DNA from: Camelus dromedarius
Lineage: Eukaryota
DNA: 64,000 bases
Reading direction: 5' to 3'
Assembly (NCBI RefSeq): GCF_036321535.1
Contig: NC_087437.1
Coordinates: 43,216,001 to 43,280,000 of the forward strand
Positions 15,046 to 27,019 of this stretch are shown one piece after another; the stretch's first letter is position 1, and every line of letters starts with the position of its first letter. Below the pieces are notes generated by a model. That model made no database searches, was not told the DNA's origin, and saw only the letters and a program-made list of their open reading frames with translations. Position numbers and translations under genes: made by a program.

Positions 15046-15984
15046 ATTGGAGATGGGCTTTAGTCTGGTGAGAGAGACACTGAATGGAAAGATAGAAGAG
15101 TATAAAAGGTTGAGTTCATCTACTTAACTTCCTTTAGTCATATGCCAACGAATAAATGAACAGGAGGGGTCTTATTGGTTATGATTTGAGCTACCTAAAA
15201 GAGGAGTTCAAAGTCAATTGGCTTTTGCTACACTCTTCCCTCACATCACCCACCCCATTGGTTAAAGGTGGGATTTCTCCTACAGGGCATTAGAAAAATA
15301 TCCAGTATTATTGCTGTTTATATTTTCTGCATACAAAATATGTACTTTTAAAAGCTCAAGGCAGTTAATGGAGAGGTCTGTAGTTTCTACTGTGTTCCAA
15401 AGAGGCCACAAAGTTTGGATGTTCTTTTCCTGGACTTCTGGAAAATGTCATACCCTAACTGAATCCTCAAGCTGTTAGGAACCTTAAGAGATCTAGAGCA
15501 ATTCCTTATTTTACAGATGAAGAAACATTTGCTCATTTCCATTATCCATTTCATAGTTCAGAAATGCCAGGAAATTGCCAGGTGGTGTGACAAAAATGAG
15601 TAAGCATTCACTTATTTGGGGAGTTCATTATCTCATTAGAAATAATGACATGTAATAAGATAATAACACAGGTAGAGCACTTACAGAATTTGGGCTCAAA
15701 GAGGTGAGCTGATTTGCCCAAAGCTACAAACACAGATAATTGGTGGTTGATCTAAAGTGTAGGGTACAAGTGAGTTAACTTACGATCTTTGCTCTTTCTA
15801 AAGTTAATAGTTTTTAAAAGTTTTGTAAACTATGGAGTGATATATGAATATTCTCATTACTTTATTATTACCCTCTAATAGTTTACTTTTCTGTTGATAA
15901 AATATTAAATCAGTTTTTACTACAGTATATCTAAAATTCTCATTCAGTGCTGTTTCTCATGGATTTCTGATTCCTTTGAGAGAA

Positions 15985-16228
15985 AGTATGGTGTAATGAT
16001 AAAGAGAAGAGCCTTTATCTTATCAAAGAGTGACAGACACTTGAGTCACAGCTCTAGTCCACCACTTACAAGAAATACAACTTGAGACAAACAAGTTGAC
16101 TTTTCCGTCTCAGTTTCCTCATCTATGAAATAGAAATGGCAGTGTTCCTCCCACAGAAACCTTTTAGGAGATTTATCATGATACTGCATGTGCTGGAACA
16201 AACATATAGTAAGTGCTCAATAAAGTGA
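15985..16228 (+). mobile_element. MIR SINE
   Basis: gtatggtgtaatgataaagag ... gtctcagtttcctcatctatgaaatagaaat ... catatagtaagtgctcaataaa. Confidence 0.8.
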
Positions 16229-16882
16229 AGAAAACAGTTTGCTATGTTTTCATTTTGCCACTTATATACAGTCTTTACAGTGCAGTCTGTGAATCAGAAA
16301 ACATACTGCCAGTAACATAGCCATTCAGAACTGAACTTGGAGTTCATTCAGTTTACAAAGGAAAACTCATTTGCTCACTCCTTTGTTCAAGCTGATTCCT
16401 CAACTTGCAGTGGACTTCCTTGTGTTTCACCTCTCAAAATCCCTAAGATTCTTCAGGTTTCACCTCAATTGCACTTCATCAAAGAAGCCTTCACTTAGAC
16501 TGCACAGAAATATTGAATCTCCCCTTGCACTTCCTTCCCATAGTAGTTTGCTGTTCTCATTCATTTCAATCATCCTGATTTTAAAATTGTCTCCATGTCT
16601 ATCTTCCCATAATATGATGAGATCTGTAAGCATATGGAGAATAGTTAGCACAATTTTGTGCATAGTAGGTTCTTCTAAACTGAATAGAAAATGAGGAACT
16701 TCATTATCTTTGTGACTCATCTTAATTTTGCAATCATATGCCATCATTTAAAAACAAATCTATAAACTTAAATGCAGTCATGATGATTAGGGTATTTGAG
16801 CACATTGAGGCATATCATAATTCTAGAAAACTGTAGAGCAGTTTTTCTTGACTGCAGAGCAATGGTAAATTCACTCATTTCA

Positions 16883-19800
16883 ATTTTTTTATTGAATTAT
16901 AATTGACAGACAATATCATGTTAGTTTCAGGTGTACAACATAGTGATCTGATATTTTTATACATTACAAAATGTCACCATAAGTGTAATTACCATCTATC
17001 ACCATACAAAGGTATTACAATATTATTGACTATATTCCCTATGCTGTACATTAAGTTCTTGTAGCTTATTTATTTTATAGGAAGAAGTTTTTTTTTTAAC
17101 ATTTTTTTATTGATTTATAATCATTTTACAGTGTTGTGTAGGAGGAATTTTTTAACTCTTAATCCCCTTCACCTGTTTCACCCATCCCTTGACCCCTCTC
17201 TGTTATGGCAACCACCAGTTTGTTCTCTGTATCTATGAGTCTGTACCTGTTTTGTTTTTAGATTTAACATATAAGTAAAATCACACAGTGTTTCTCTTTC
17301 TTTGTCTGACTTGTTTCACATAGCATAGTACCACCTAGGTCCATCCATGTTATTGCAAATGGCAAGGTTTCATTATTTTTCATGACTGAATAATACTCCA
17401 TTATATACATATGTGTGTGTGTGTGTGTATATATATATATGAATAATCACATCTTTTTCTTTATCAATTCATCTATAACATACACTTAGGTTGTGTCCGT
17501 ATCTTGAGTATTGTAAGTAATGCTGCTATGAATATAGGGATGCTTATATGTTTTTGAATTAGTATTTTTGTTTTCTTCAGATAAATACCCAGAATTGGAA
17601 TTGCTAGATCATAGGATAGTTATATTTTTAAATTTTTGAGGAAACTCCATACTGTTTTTCACAGTGGATGTACCAAGTTACATTCCCACCAACGGTGCAC
17701 AAGGCTTCCCTTTTCTCCACGACCTCACCGACACTTGTTATTTCATATCATTTTGATAATAGCCATTCTAACAGGTGTGAAGTGGTACCTCACTGTGGTT
17801 TTGATTTGCATTTCTCTGATAATTAGTGCTGCTAAGCACCTTTTCATATACCTGTTGGCCATCTGCATGTTTTCTTTGAAAAAAAGTCTGTTCAGTTCTT
17901 CTGTGCATTTTTAATAGATTGTATTTTTTAATATATTGAGTTGTATATGTTTTTTGTATATTTTGAATATCAATCTCTTATTGACACATGGTTTGCAAAT
18001 ATCTTTTCCCATCCAGAAGGTTTCCTTTCCATTTTGTTGATGGTTTCCTTGGCTGTTTGATGTATTCCTATTTGTTTATTTTTTCTTTTGTTGCCCTTGC
18101 CTAAAGAGACATATCCAAAAAATATTTCTAAGACCAATGCCAAAGAGTATACTGCCTAAGTTTTCTTCTAGGTGTTTTATGGTTTCAGGTCTTACATTTA
18201 AGTTTTTAATCCATTTTGAGTTTTGTTTGTTTGCTTGTTTGTTATGTGCAAGAAAGTGGTTCAGTTTCATTCTTTTGTAAATAGCTGTCCAGTTTTCTCA
18301 ACATCACTTATTGAAGAAACTGTCTTTTCCCCTATTGTTTATTCTTGCCTCCTTTATTGTAGATTAATTGACCGTATGTTCCTGGGTTTATTTCTGGGCT
18401 GTCTACTCTGTTCCATTTATCTGTGTGTCTGTTTTTGAATGAGTACTGTCCTGTTTTGATTTATATGACTTTGTAGTTTATTTTGAAATCAGGGAGCATG
18501 ATACCTCCTGCTTTGATCTTCTTTCTCAAGATTGTTCGGGCTATTTGGGGTCTTTCATGGTTTCATAAAATTTTTAGGATTATTTATTCTATTTCTGTGA
18601 AAATTGCCATTGGAATTTTATACAGATAACATCATATCTTTAGATTGTTTGGAGACAGTATGGACATTTTAACAATATTAATTCTTGCAATCCATGACCA
18701 TGGACTGTCTTTCCATTTATTTGTGTCATCTTCAATTTCTTTCATTAATCTCTCATAGTTTTCAGAGTACAGGACTTTCACCTCCTTGGTTAAATTTATC
18801 CCTAGGTATTTTATTCTTCTTGATGCAGTTGTAAATGAGACTGTTTTCTTCATTTTTCTTTCTGATGGATTATTGGTGTATAGAAGTGCAACATATTTCT
18901 GTATATTAATTTTGTATTCTGAGACTTCACTGAATTTATTTAATGCTTTTTTAGTGTAGTCTTTAGGATTATTTTTAATATATAATATTGTCATCTGCAA
19001 ATAGTGACAGTTGTACTTTTCCCTTTCCAATTTGAGTATCTTTTCTTTCTTTTTCTGGCTGCTGTGGCTACAACTACTGATATTATGTTGAATCAAAGTG
19101 ATGAACGTGAGCATCCTTGTCTTATTTCTCATCTTAGAGAACAAACTTTCAGCTTTTCACCACTGAGTATAATAATGTTAGCTGTGGATTTGTCATATAT
19201 GGCCTTTATTATGTTGAGACATGTTCCCTCTGTACCCATTTGTTGATACATTTTATCATAAATGAATGTAAATTTTGTCAAATGTTTTTTTCTGTACCTA
19301 TTGAGATGATCATATAATTTTTATCCTTCATTTTGTCAGTATGGGGTATCATGTTGTTTGATTGTAGATGTTAACCATCCTTGCATCCCTGGAATGAATC
19401 CCACTTGATCTTGGTGTATGATCTTTTTAAATGTATTATTATATTTTGTTTGCTAATATTTTATTGAGATGTTTGTATTTATGTTCATCAGGGATATTGA
19501 CCTATCTTTTTTTCTTTTTTCCTTTTTTTTTTTTTTCAGTGTCTCAGACTGCTTTTGGTATCAGGGTAATGGCAGCATTGTAAAATTTTGGAAATTTGGA
19601 AGTGTTTCTTTTCAATTTTTTGGAATAATTTGAGAAGGATAAGTATTACCTCTTTTTAAAATATTGGATAGATTCACATGTGAAGCCATTTGAACCTGGA
19701 ATTTTGTTTGTTTGGAGGTTTGTTGTTGTTTGTTTGTTTTTCTACTGAGTCAATTTCATTACTAGTAATTGGTCTGTTAAGATTTTCTATTTCTTCATGA

Positions 19801-22800
19801 TTTAGTCTTGAGGATTATATGTTTCTAGGAATTTATCCATTACTTCTAGGTTGTCTAATTTGTTGAATTATCCTTGTATATAGTTTTCTATTATGTTACT
19901 TTGTATTTCTGTGGTGGTATTGGTTATAATTTCTACTATTTCAATTCTAATTTTGATTATTTTGGCTCTCTTTTTTTCTTGATGACTTTGGCTAAAGTTT
20001 GTCAATTCTGTTTGTCTTTTCAATAATTAGCTCTTAGGTTTATTGATGTTTTCTTTCTTTTTTGGTTTGATTTTATTTATTTTCACTCTCATGTTTATTA
20101 TTTCCTTCCTTCTACTAACTTGGGCTTTATATGTTCTTCTTTTTCTAATTCCTTTAAATGTCATTTAGACTTACTTAAGATTTTTCTTGTTTCTTCAGTT
20201 AAGCAGGCATTGCTATGAAATTCCTTCTTAGAACTGCTTTTGCTGAACCCCAAATATTTTAATACATTGTGTTTTCACTTTCATTTGTCTTGAAATATTT
20301 TCTGATTCCCTCTTTGATTTCTTCATTGACCCACTGGTTGTTTATTGTTGTTTAGTCTCCATGTGTTTGTGCTTTTTTTGGTTTTCTTCTTATAATTGAT
20401 TTCTGCTTTTATACCATTATGGTAAGAAATGCTTGATATGATTTCAATGTTCTTAAATTTACTGAGTTTTTTTTTGTGTGCATGTGTGGTCTAATTATGT
20501 GATCTATTGTGGAAAAATGTCCCATGTGCACTTGAATAGTATTTGTATTTGACTGTTTTGGATGGAATTTTCTGTACACATTAATTTAGTGCATCTGATC
20601 TAATGTGTTATTTAAGACCAAGGTTTTTTATTGATTTTCTATATGGTTAAAATATCCATTAATGTAATTGGGTGTCAAAGATCCCTACTATTACTGTATT
20701 ACTGTCAGTTTCTCCCCTTAGTCCTATTAATATTTGCTTTAAATATTTAGGTGCTCCTATGTTGTGTGCAAAAATGTTTACATTTATCATTATGTAATAC
20801 TCTCTTATCATTATGTAATTCCTTTTTTTTTTGTTAGAGTCTTTGTTTTAAAGTCCATTTCTCTAAGTATTGTTACATCAGCTTTATTTTTGTGTCCATT
20901 TGCATGGCATATCTTTTTCCATCCCTTCACTTTCAGCCTGTGAGTGGCTTTGGGTTTAAAGTCAATCTTGTAGGCAGCATACAGAAGGATCTCATTTTCT
21001 TATTCATTCAACCATCTTATGTCTTTTGTTTGGAGAGTTTAGTCCATTTACATTTAAAGTAATTATTGATTGATATGTACTTATTGCCATTTTGTAAATT
21101 ATGCTCTGGCTGTTTTTGTAGTTTCTCTCTGTTTCTTCTCTGTCTCTCTTCTCTTGTCATTTGATCGTCTTCTTTAGTGTTATGTTTAGATTCCTTTCTC
21201 ATTTTCTTTTGTGTATTTATTCTAATTTTTTCTTTGTGGTTAGCATGAGGTTCATGCAAAATATTTTAAGTACATAGCATCCTTTTTGAGTTAATAATAA
21301 CTTAATTTTGAACACTTACCAAAGTTTTGTATTTTTACTTCCACTGCCACATTTTTTATGTTTGATAACACATTTTATATATTTTTATTTTATGTACCCT
21401 GTAGTAATTATTATCTTACTTAATTTTACTACTTTTCTCTTTTACCTTTCATACTTGCTTTAGAAGTGATTGATCCACTACCTTTATTTTTTATTTACCT
21501 TTTTCATTGAAATTTTTACTTTTGTATGCTTTATAAATTATTATTTAGTGTCATTTGTTTTTAGCTTAGAGAAGTCCCTTTAACAGAGTCAGTAAAGCTG
21601 ATTTATTGATAATAAATTGCTTTAGCTTTTACTTATCTGAGAAATTCTTAATCTCTTCTTCAGTTCTGAATGATGACCTTGCCAGGAGAAAATTCTTGGC
21701 TGGCAGTTTTTTCCTTTCAGCACTTTGAATCTGTCATGCTGCTTTCTTCTGGCCTATAAAGTTTCTGCTGTGAAATCTGCGAAAAATGTTATTGGGTTTC
21801 CCTTGTACATAATAAATTGATTTTCACTTGCTTATTTTAAGATTCTTTTTTTATTCTTAATTTTACCATTTTAATCATAGTGTTTCTTGATGTGTTTCTC
21901 TGTAGGTTTATCTTGTCTTGAACTCTCTGGGCTTCCTGAACCTGGATGTCTGTTTCCTTTCCCTGATTAGGGACATTTTTGGCCACTATTTTGTCAAATA
22001 ATTTCTCTGGTCCTTTTTCTCTCTCTTCGCTGTCTGGGACCCCTATCATGTAAATGCTATTCCACTTGATGTTGTCTCAGAGTTCCCTTAATGTATCTCC
22101 ACTTCTTTTCTTTTCTTTTTTTTCATGTTGCTGCTCTGTCTGGGTGTTTTTCCATTGCTTCCTCTTGCAGCTCCATGATTTGTACTTCTACTTCATCCAT
22201 TTTGCTGTTGAACCCCTCTACTTTATTTTTCACTTCAGTTATAATTTATATTAGTATGTTCTTATATTTTCTGTTTCTTTGTTGAAGTTCTCACTGTGTT
22301 CATCCATTTTTCTCTCAAGAATGCTGAGCATTTTTATAACTATTACTTTGAGCTCTTTATAAGATTGGTTGCTTATCTCCATTACATAAAGTCTTCTTCT
22401 GGGAATTTGCCTTGTTGTTTGGTTTAAAATGTATTTCTCTGTCTCATTTTGCCTGTCTCTTTGTGTCTGTTTATATGTATTAGCTGAATTGGTGACCGCT
22501 CTCAGTCTTGAAGGATTTGTCTATATAGGAGCTGATCTGTGTAGCCCAGAAGAACAATCTGCCCTGGCCACCAGAGCTAGGAACTCTATGGACATCCCTC
22601 ATGTGGGTTAGATGGATCCACTGGCTGAGAGGGCCATGACTGCTGTGCAGGGAGGCAGGGGCTCAGGGCACTCTCCCAGCCAGATTAGTGGCACAGTCAT
22701 TGCATCAGGATGGAGTTCAAGTCACTTGTCTGGTTACAGCTAGGTTTTTACATAGGGTAGGCAGGGCTTGGATATTTGCCTGGCCCAGTTGAAGCTCAGC

Positions 22801-23520
22801 TACTGGGAGGGTAGAGCTCAGGGCACTCATTCTGCCTGGTTGTGATGTGGGATGGGCATAGCTCTCCCTCCAGTGCTAGAAGACTTAGAGAGGGGACACC
22901 AACAATGGCAGTTGTAGGCTCCATAACCAGCAAATTAAGATGAGATTGTAAAAATGACATCTATCAGTGCTTTCATCCTCAGATAAAGTCCCTGCTGGTC
23001 CCTAATTGTCTGACAGCTGCTTTAAAATTAGTAAGTGTGTCTCTCTCACCTATGGTATAGGAGCTTCTCAGGGCCAGTGGATTTGAACATAAGCCCTTTA
23101 ACACCAAGATCTCTCTTCCCTATCAGGCTATGATTCTCCTTGTCAAAATCTCTTGATTTTCAAAACCAGACCTTTTGGAAGCTCATCTTTCTAGTCTCAG
23201 CTTCTCAGATTTGGGTGTTTCATGTGGGACATAATTCTTTCAGTCCTAGAGGGAGAGTTCTCTATTTTGGGGATCCCTCCTAGTTATGAGGTCACCCCAT
23301 CTGGGGTGGGGTCTGAGTAAGGGTATGTCTCTGACTCTCCTACCCTTCTTGATGCATATCTTTTGTTTTTCATTGTAGAGGCACTGTTCATTTTCTCCTC
23401 AGGTCCTTTTCAGAGAAAAATTATTCTCTTTCAGAGAAAAAATAGGTAGCTATAAATGTGTTGCATCCAAGGGAAGAGGTGAGTTTAAGGTCTTCCTACA
23501 TGGCCACTTTGAACTCCTTC
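16883..23520 (-). mobile_element. Near full-length decayed LINE-1 (~6.6 kb), antisense to NLGN1
   Basis: Poly-T/3'UTR at ~16883. Minus-strand ORF2 remnants ([69 protein letters not shown]). ORF2 start MAISTYQSIITLNVNGLNSP at 21090. ORF1 remnant IGVPDSEEREKGPEKLF...IQVQEAQRV at 21837-22049. More GC-rich 5'UTR ~22500-23520. Many stops and frameshifts. Confidence 0.95.
17094..17138 (-). mobile_element. Very short 3'-end tail of a younger L1 nested in the older L1 3'UTR
   Basis: ttttaacatttttttattgatttataatcattttacagtgttgtg flanked by near-identical direct repeats taggaagaagttttt (17078-17092) and taggaggaatttttt (17139-17153). Confidence 0.65.
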
Positions 23521-24477
23521 ATTTTCAGTTGATGGGCTAAAGGAATACTCCTTAAATAAATAAGAACTTAAGGGAAAAACTGAGGACTTGAGTTGTACAA
23601 GGTTTATGCGTGACATTGTATTTTAAAAATAAAAGCTAGTAATTGGATAATTTGAGCTTCATTCATTTCTCCATTCATGTCTTTCAAATAGTTATTGAGC
23701 CTTTTACAGGACTCTAGAATCTGAAATATTATTAATACCTTACCCTACAAGAACTCAATATTGTTTAAAAAAAAGGTAACAACATTAAACTTGTTAGTCT
23801 GAATGTTTACACCTGATTTAAATTTTAAAAATAAATTTTGATATTTATGAAACACATTTATTTTGTAGATGCTGTATTGTAAGAATGAGAATCCTTTGAG
23901 GAAAAAGATGGGGAAACAAATTTAAATATTATAATTCTATACATATACACACACATACGTATTTATATGCACATCTTTAAATAGCTGAGCATTCAAACGT
24001 TAACATGTTATAATTAACTTTCAGTCTTTTCAGTCTTGAATTTTACCAAAAACCAGAAAAGTGTAATCTTATTTCCAAAAATTCTATAGTTCACTTTGAC
24101 AAATATACCGATCATTACTATTGACCAGAGAGGGAAAAATATCTGTGGTACATTTTTATTAGTCAAATAAATGTGTGCTTCAGAGAAGAGATTCAAAAGA
24201 TTATTGACTCATTTTAATTTTCCCTTATGTAGATGTCAAAGTTTTGACTAATTTATTTTCACCCTAAGTAGTGTACAGTAGACAATATTTTTAATTTGAA
24301 AGAATGCTTTTCATTATAATGAAGTAAAAATCAAATTTGTTCATATCTTCTCATATTGAGTAATAAAATTTTAGAAGGTACTTTGTTTAAAAACAGAATA
24401 GAGCAAAGTTATAAATATTGTGCTTTTCAAATTTACACAAAATCAAATTTTCTTATATATTTAAATTCATATTTCTT

Positions 24478-25566
24478 TTTTATTTTCTCTTTTTTGAGTA
24501 AAGGTAGATTTATTCAGAGAGATACATTGAAAGGCAAGAGAAAGGCCACGAGGTGTGGGGGTTGGGTGTTCAGATTAAAAATAGGTACACACTCCATAGA
24601 CAGAGTGTAGGCTGAATGGAGAGAGAGAGGCAGCCTCGAGGTGCCCTGTGGCTAGTTTTTATGGGCTTAGTGGCTTCATATGCTAATTAAGTGGAAGGAC
24701 AGGTCTAAGTAGCCCGGGGAAGGGGCTGGGATTCCCAGGAAGTTGGCCATTTCCCACTCTGTGGCCTTTTGTGACTAGCCTTGGGACTTCCCTGGTGCCT
24801 GTGGGCGTGTTATTCACCATGTTAATATATTACAATGGGCGTATAATGAAGCTCAAAATCTCTCATCATCCTGAGCCTCAAGGCATTCTGGGGGTTGAAC
24901 CTTTCACCTTTTTGATGTTAATTGCTGTAGCATTCCTTGAATGGCTGTGCCCTGCCCCCTTCCTGTCTTATCCCCCCTCAAAGATTTTACTCCCATAATC
25001 TTATGGGGGTGCAGAGGGGCGAAGGTCCATCTTCTGGAGCTGCTTACTGGCTGAGTAGAGGCGTTGACCCTGCCTATCAGGGAGTAAAAAAATCTCTGAA
25101 TGTCTAATCTAGGGGCCCCAGGGGCAGGCCAGCTTTTTGTTTTTGCATCTGAGGGCTGAGGGTGTGGGCTGGAATCCTCACACAGCCATTATCTGATGTG
25201 GGGCTGCTGTAACCCACTGTTTTTATTGACTTTTGATGAATTTTCTTAAAGATGAAGCACCTTTGTAACAGCAGTCTGACAGTCTGTAAAGACAAAAGAC
25301 TTCAAAGGCGTGGTTAAACATTTGTAATCACCGCCTCAGGATACCTGAGTTCTTGTATTGCCTAGCAAGTGTAGGTCTCTCCTGGCTCCTGTTGGGGTTT
25401 ATAAATTACAGGTTTTATTCTGGACAGATGTACCCAACTAGCAATTGCTCATAGCTGAACGGCAGTTGGGGTGCTCATTAATACCTGATATAATCCCTTC
25501 CATTTTGGCTGCAGCTGGTCTTCAGGGGACCCCTCCTTCCAAGTTTTTAGCAAGATTAAAGTCCCC
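24478..25566 (-). mobile_element. Class I (gamma-like) endogenous retrovirus fragment: integrase C-terminus, short env/3' remnant, PPT, U3-R and poly(A); flanked by a 17-bp TSD
   Basis: Minus-strand translation from ~25565: LILLKTWKEGSPEDQLQPKWKGLYQVLMSTPTAVQL*AIASWVHLSRIKPV...TYTC*AIQELRY (gammaretroviral integrase GPY/F region). PPT GAGGGGGGA at 24971-24979; TATA-like CATAAAAA ~24656-24663; AATAAA ~13 nt before the A-tail; TTAAATTCATATTTCTT repeated at 24461-24477 and 25567-25583. Confidence 0.9.
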
Positions 25567-25599
25567 TTAAATTCATATTTCTTAACAAATCAGTGCATT

Positions 25600-26260
25600 C
25601 AGACATTCAGAACTGTATAATCTCTTTATTCTAGTTTAGCTTTGCAAAATTATAATTACAAAAAAAATGACTATATTGTGATTATAAACATGCAAACTCT
25701 AAAGATAAAGTTAGAATCTCCCTAACTCTTATCCAATCTCCATTCCATTCCCAGAAAATACTGTAATCAGTATATCTGCCATCATTTTCTGTTTATTTAC
25801 ATGCCTCCTCAAGGATATTGCAAGAGCATTTTATGTATATTTTAAAACATTTTAAACACATCATTCTGCACCTTTTTCTTTGCTTTTTTTTTTGTTTTTT
25901 GTACATTAGTAAGTTAATACCTTTATCTATAATGCATTTAAATATTTTTAAGTGTAGCTTATAGTTTTGGTTACTATTATGAATGGACCCTTTTGTTTAT
26001 AATATTTTCTGATTGCTCATTATTGTCATACTTGAAAGCTTTTGGTTTTTATGTGTCAAACACATTGAATTCATTCTTACAGTTTGACATTGATTGTATT
26101 AAGTCATCTGTGTAAATGCTAATATTTCTTACAGATTTTGAAAATGCTGTTTCTTCCTTTCCTATACATACATATTTTTGGATGGTGTTCTTTTTCGGCA
26201 TAAAATTCCACTTTACTGAGTAGAATCAGTGATGGAGATAATGACTTATTATATCAATCA
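25600..26260 (-). mobile_element. Old LINE-1 (L1ME-like) remnant
   Basis: Degenerate reverse L1 motifs (actattatgaatggacc...; aagctttttggtttttatgtg; gtcatctgtgtaaat). Confidence 0.45.
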
Positions 26261-26891
26261 TAAAGCAACTTCTTTTTTTTCCTACTGTGCCTTTCAGCCC
26301 ACTTGATGGACTATTTCCTGTTCCTTGGAGGAAATCTCTATTGGGTCACACATAGATTACAAAACATAAGACAAAAAATATATGCTCAGACCATTGTAAT
26401 TCTGAAAATCCCAAATTTTTTCAAAGTGAAGCTTTCTTCTCCCCCAGCTGCTTCAGGTCAGAAGCCTGCACCAGAGAATGGGGTGTGGTGGCCTTCTTCC
26501 TCCCACTCCAGCTCCAATATCCTGTCATTTGTAAACTTAGTCAACAAGTTTTAGGGAGGCACAAAGCTAAATATAAACAATATGACAATGAATGGGATTT
26601 ATTTAATATGGATTTTATGAAGTGTTTGATAAGATTTAATAAAGGAATAATGACTTTTTAAAAATTGTAACTGCAGCTTTCTTACTTTCTTATTTTAATA
26701 TTTAACAATATTAGTTATTTGAAGAGATTTAGTTTCCTTACTGTTAATGTAATCAATTGAAATCAATAATAAGGTCTAATCTAGTTTAGTATTGATAACC
26801 TAATACAACTGTGATTACTCAAGTAATGTGTATGGGGAAATTGAGTTAGTTAATGATCCCTCAGCAATTGCAATTAACTACACATTTGTAG

Positions 26892-27001
26892 TTCCTTCCT
26901 TCCCCCCTTCCTTCCCCCCTCCTTCCCTCCTTCTCTCTCTTTCTCTCTTTCTCTCTCTCTCTCTTTCTTTCTTCCTTTCTTCCTTTATTTCTACTTTCTT
27001 T
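26892..27001 (+). repeat. Polypyrimidine (TTCC/CT/CTTT) simple repeat
   Basis: ttccttccttccccccttccttccccc...ctctctctctctttcttt next to the 3' end of the second L1. Confidence 0.85.
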
Positions 27002-27019
27002 CAGCAACCTTGGTCCATG

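Noticed and set aside
16872..23530. TSD for the first full-length L1 (tcatttcaatt vs tcattttcagtt)
   Set aside because: The match is short, imperfect and AT-rich, so it cannot be distinguished from chance.
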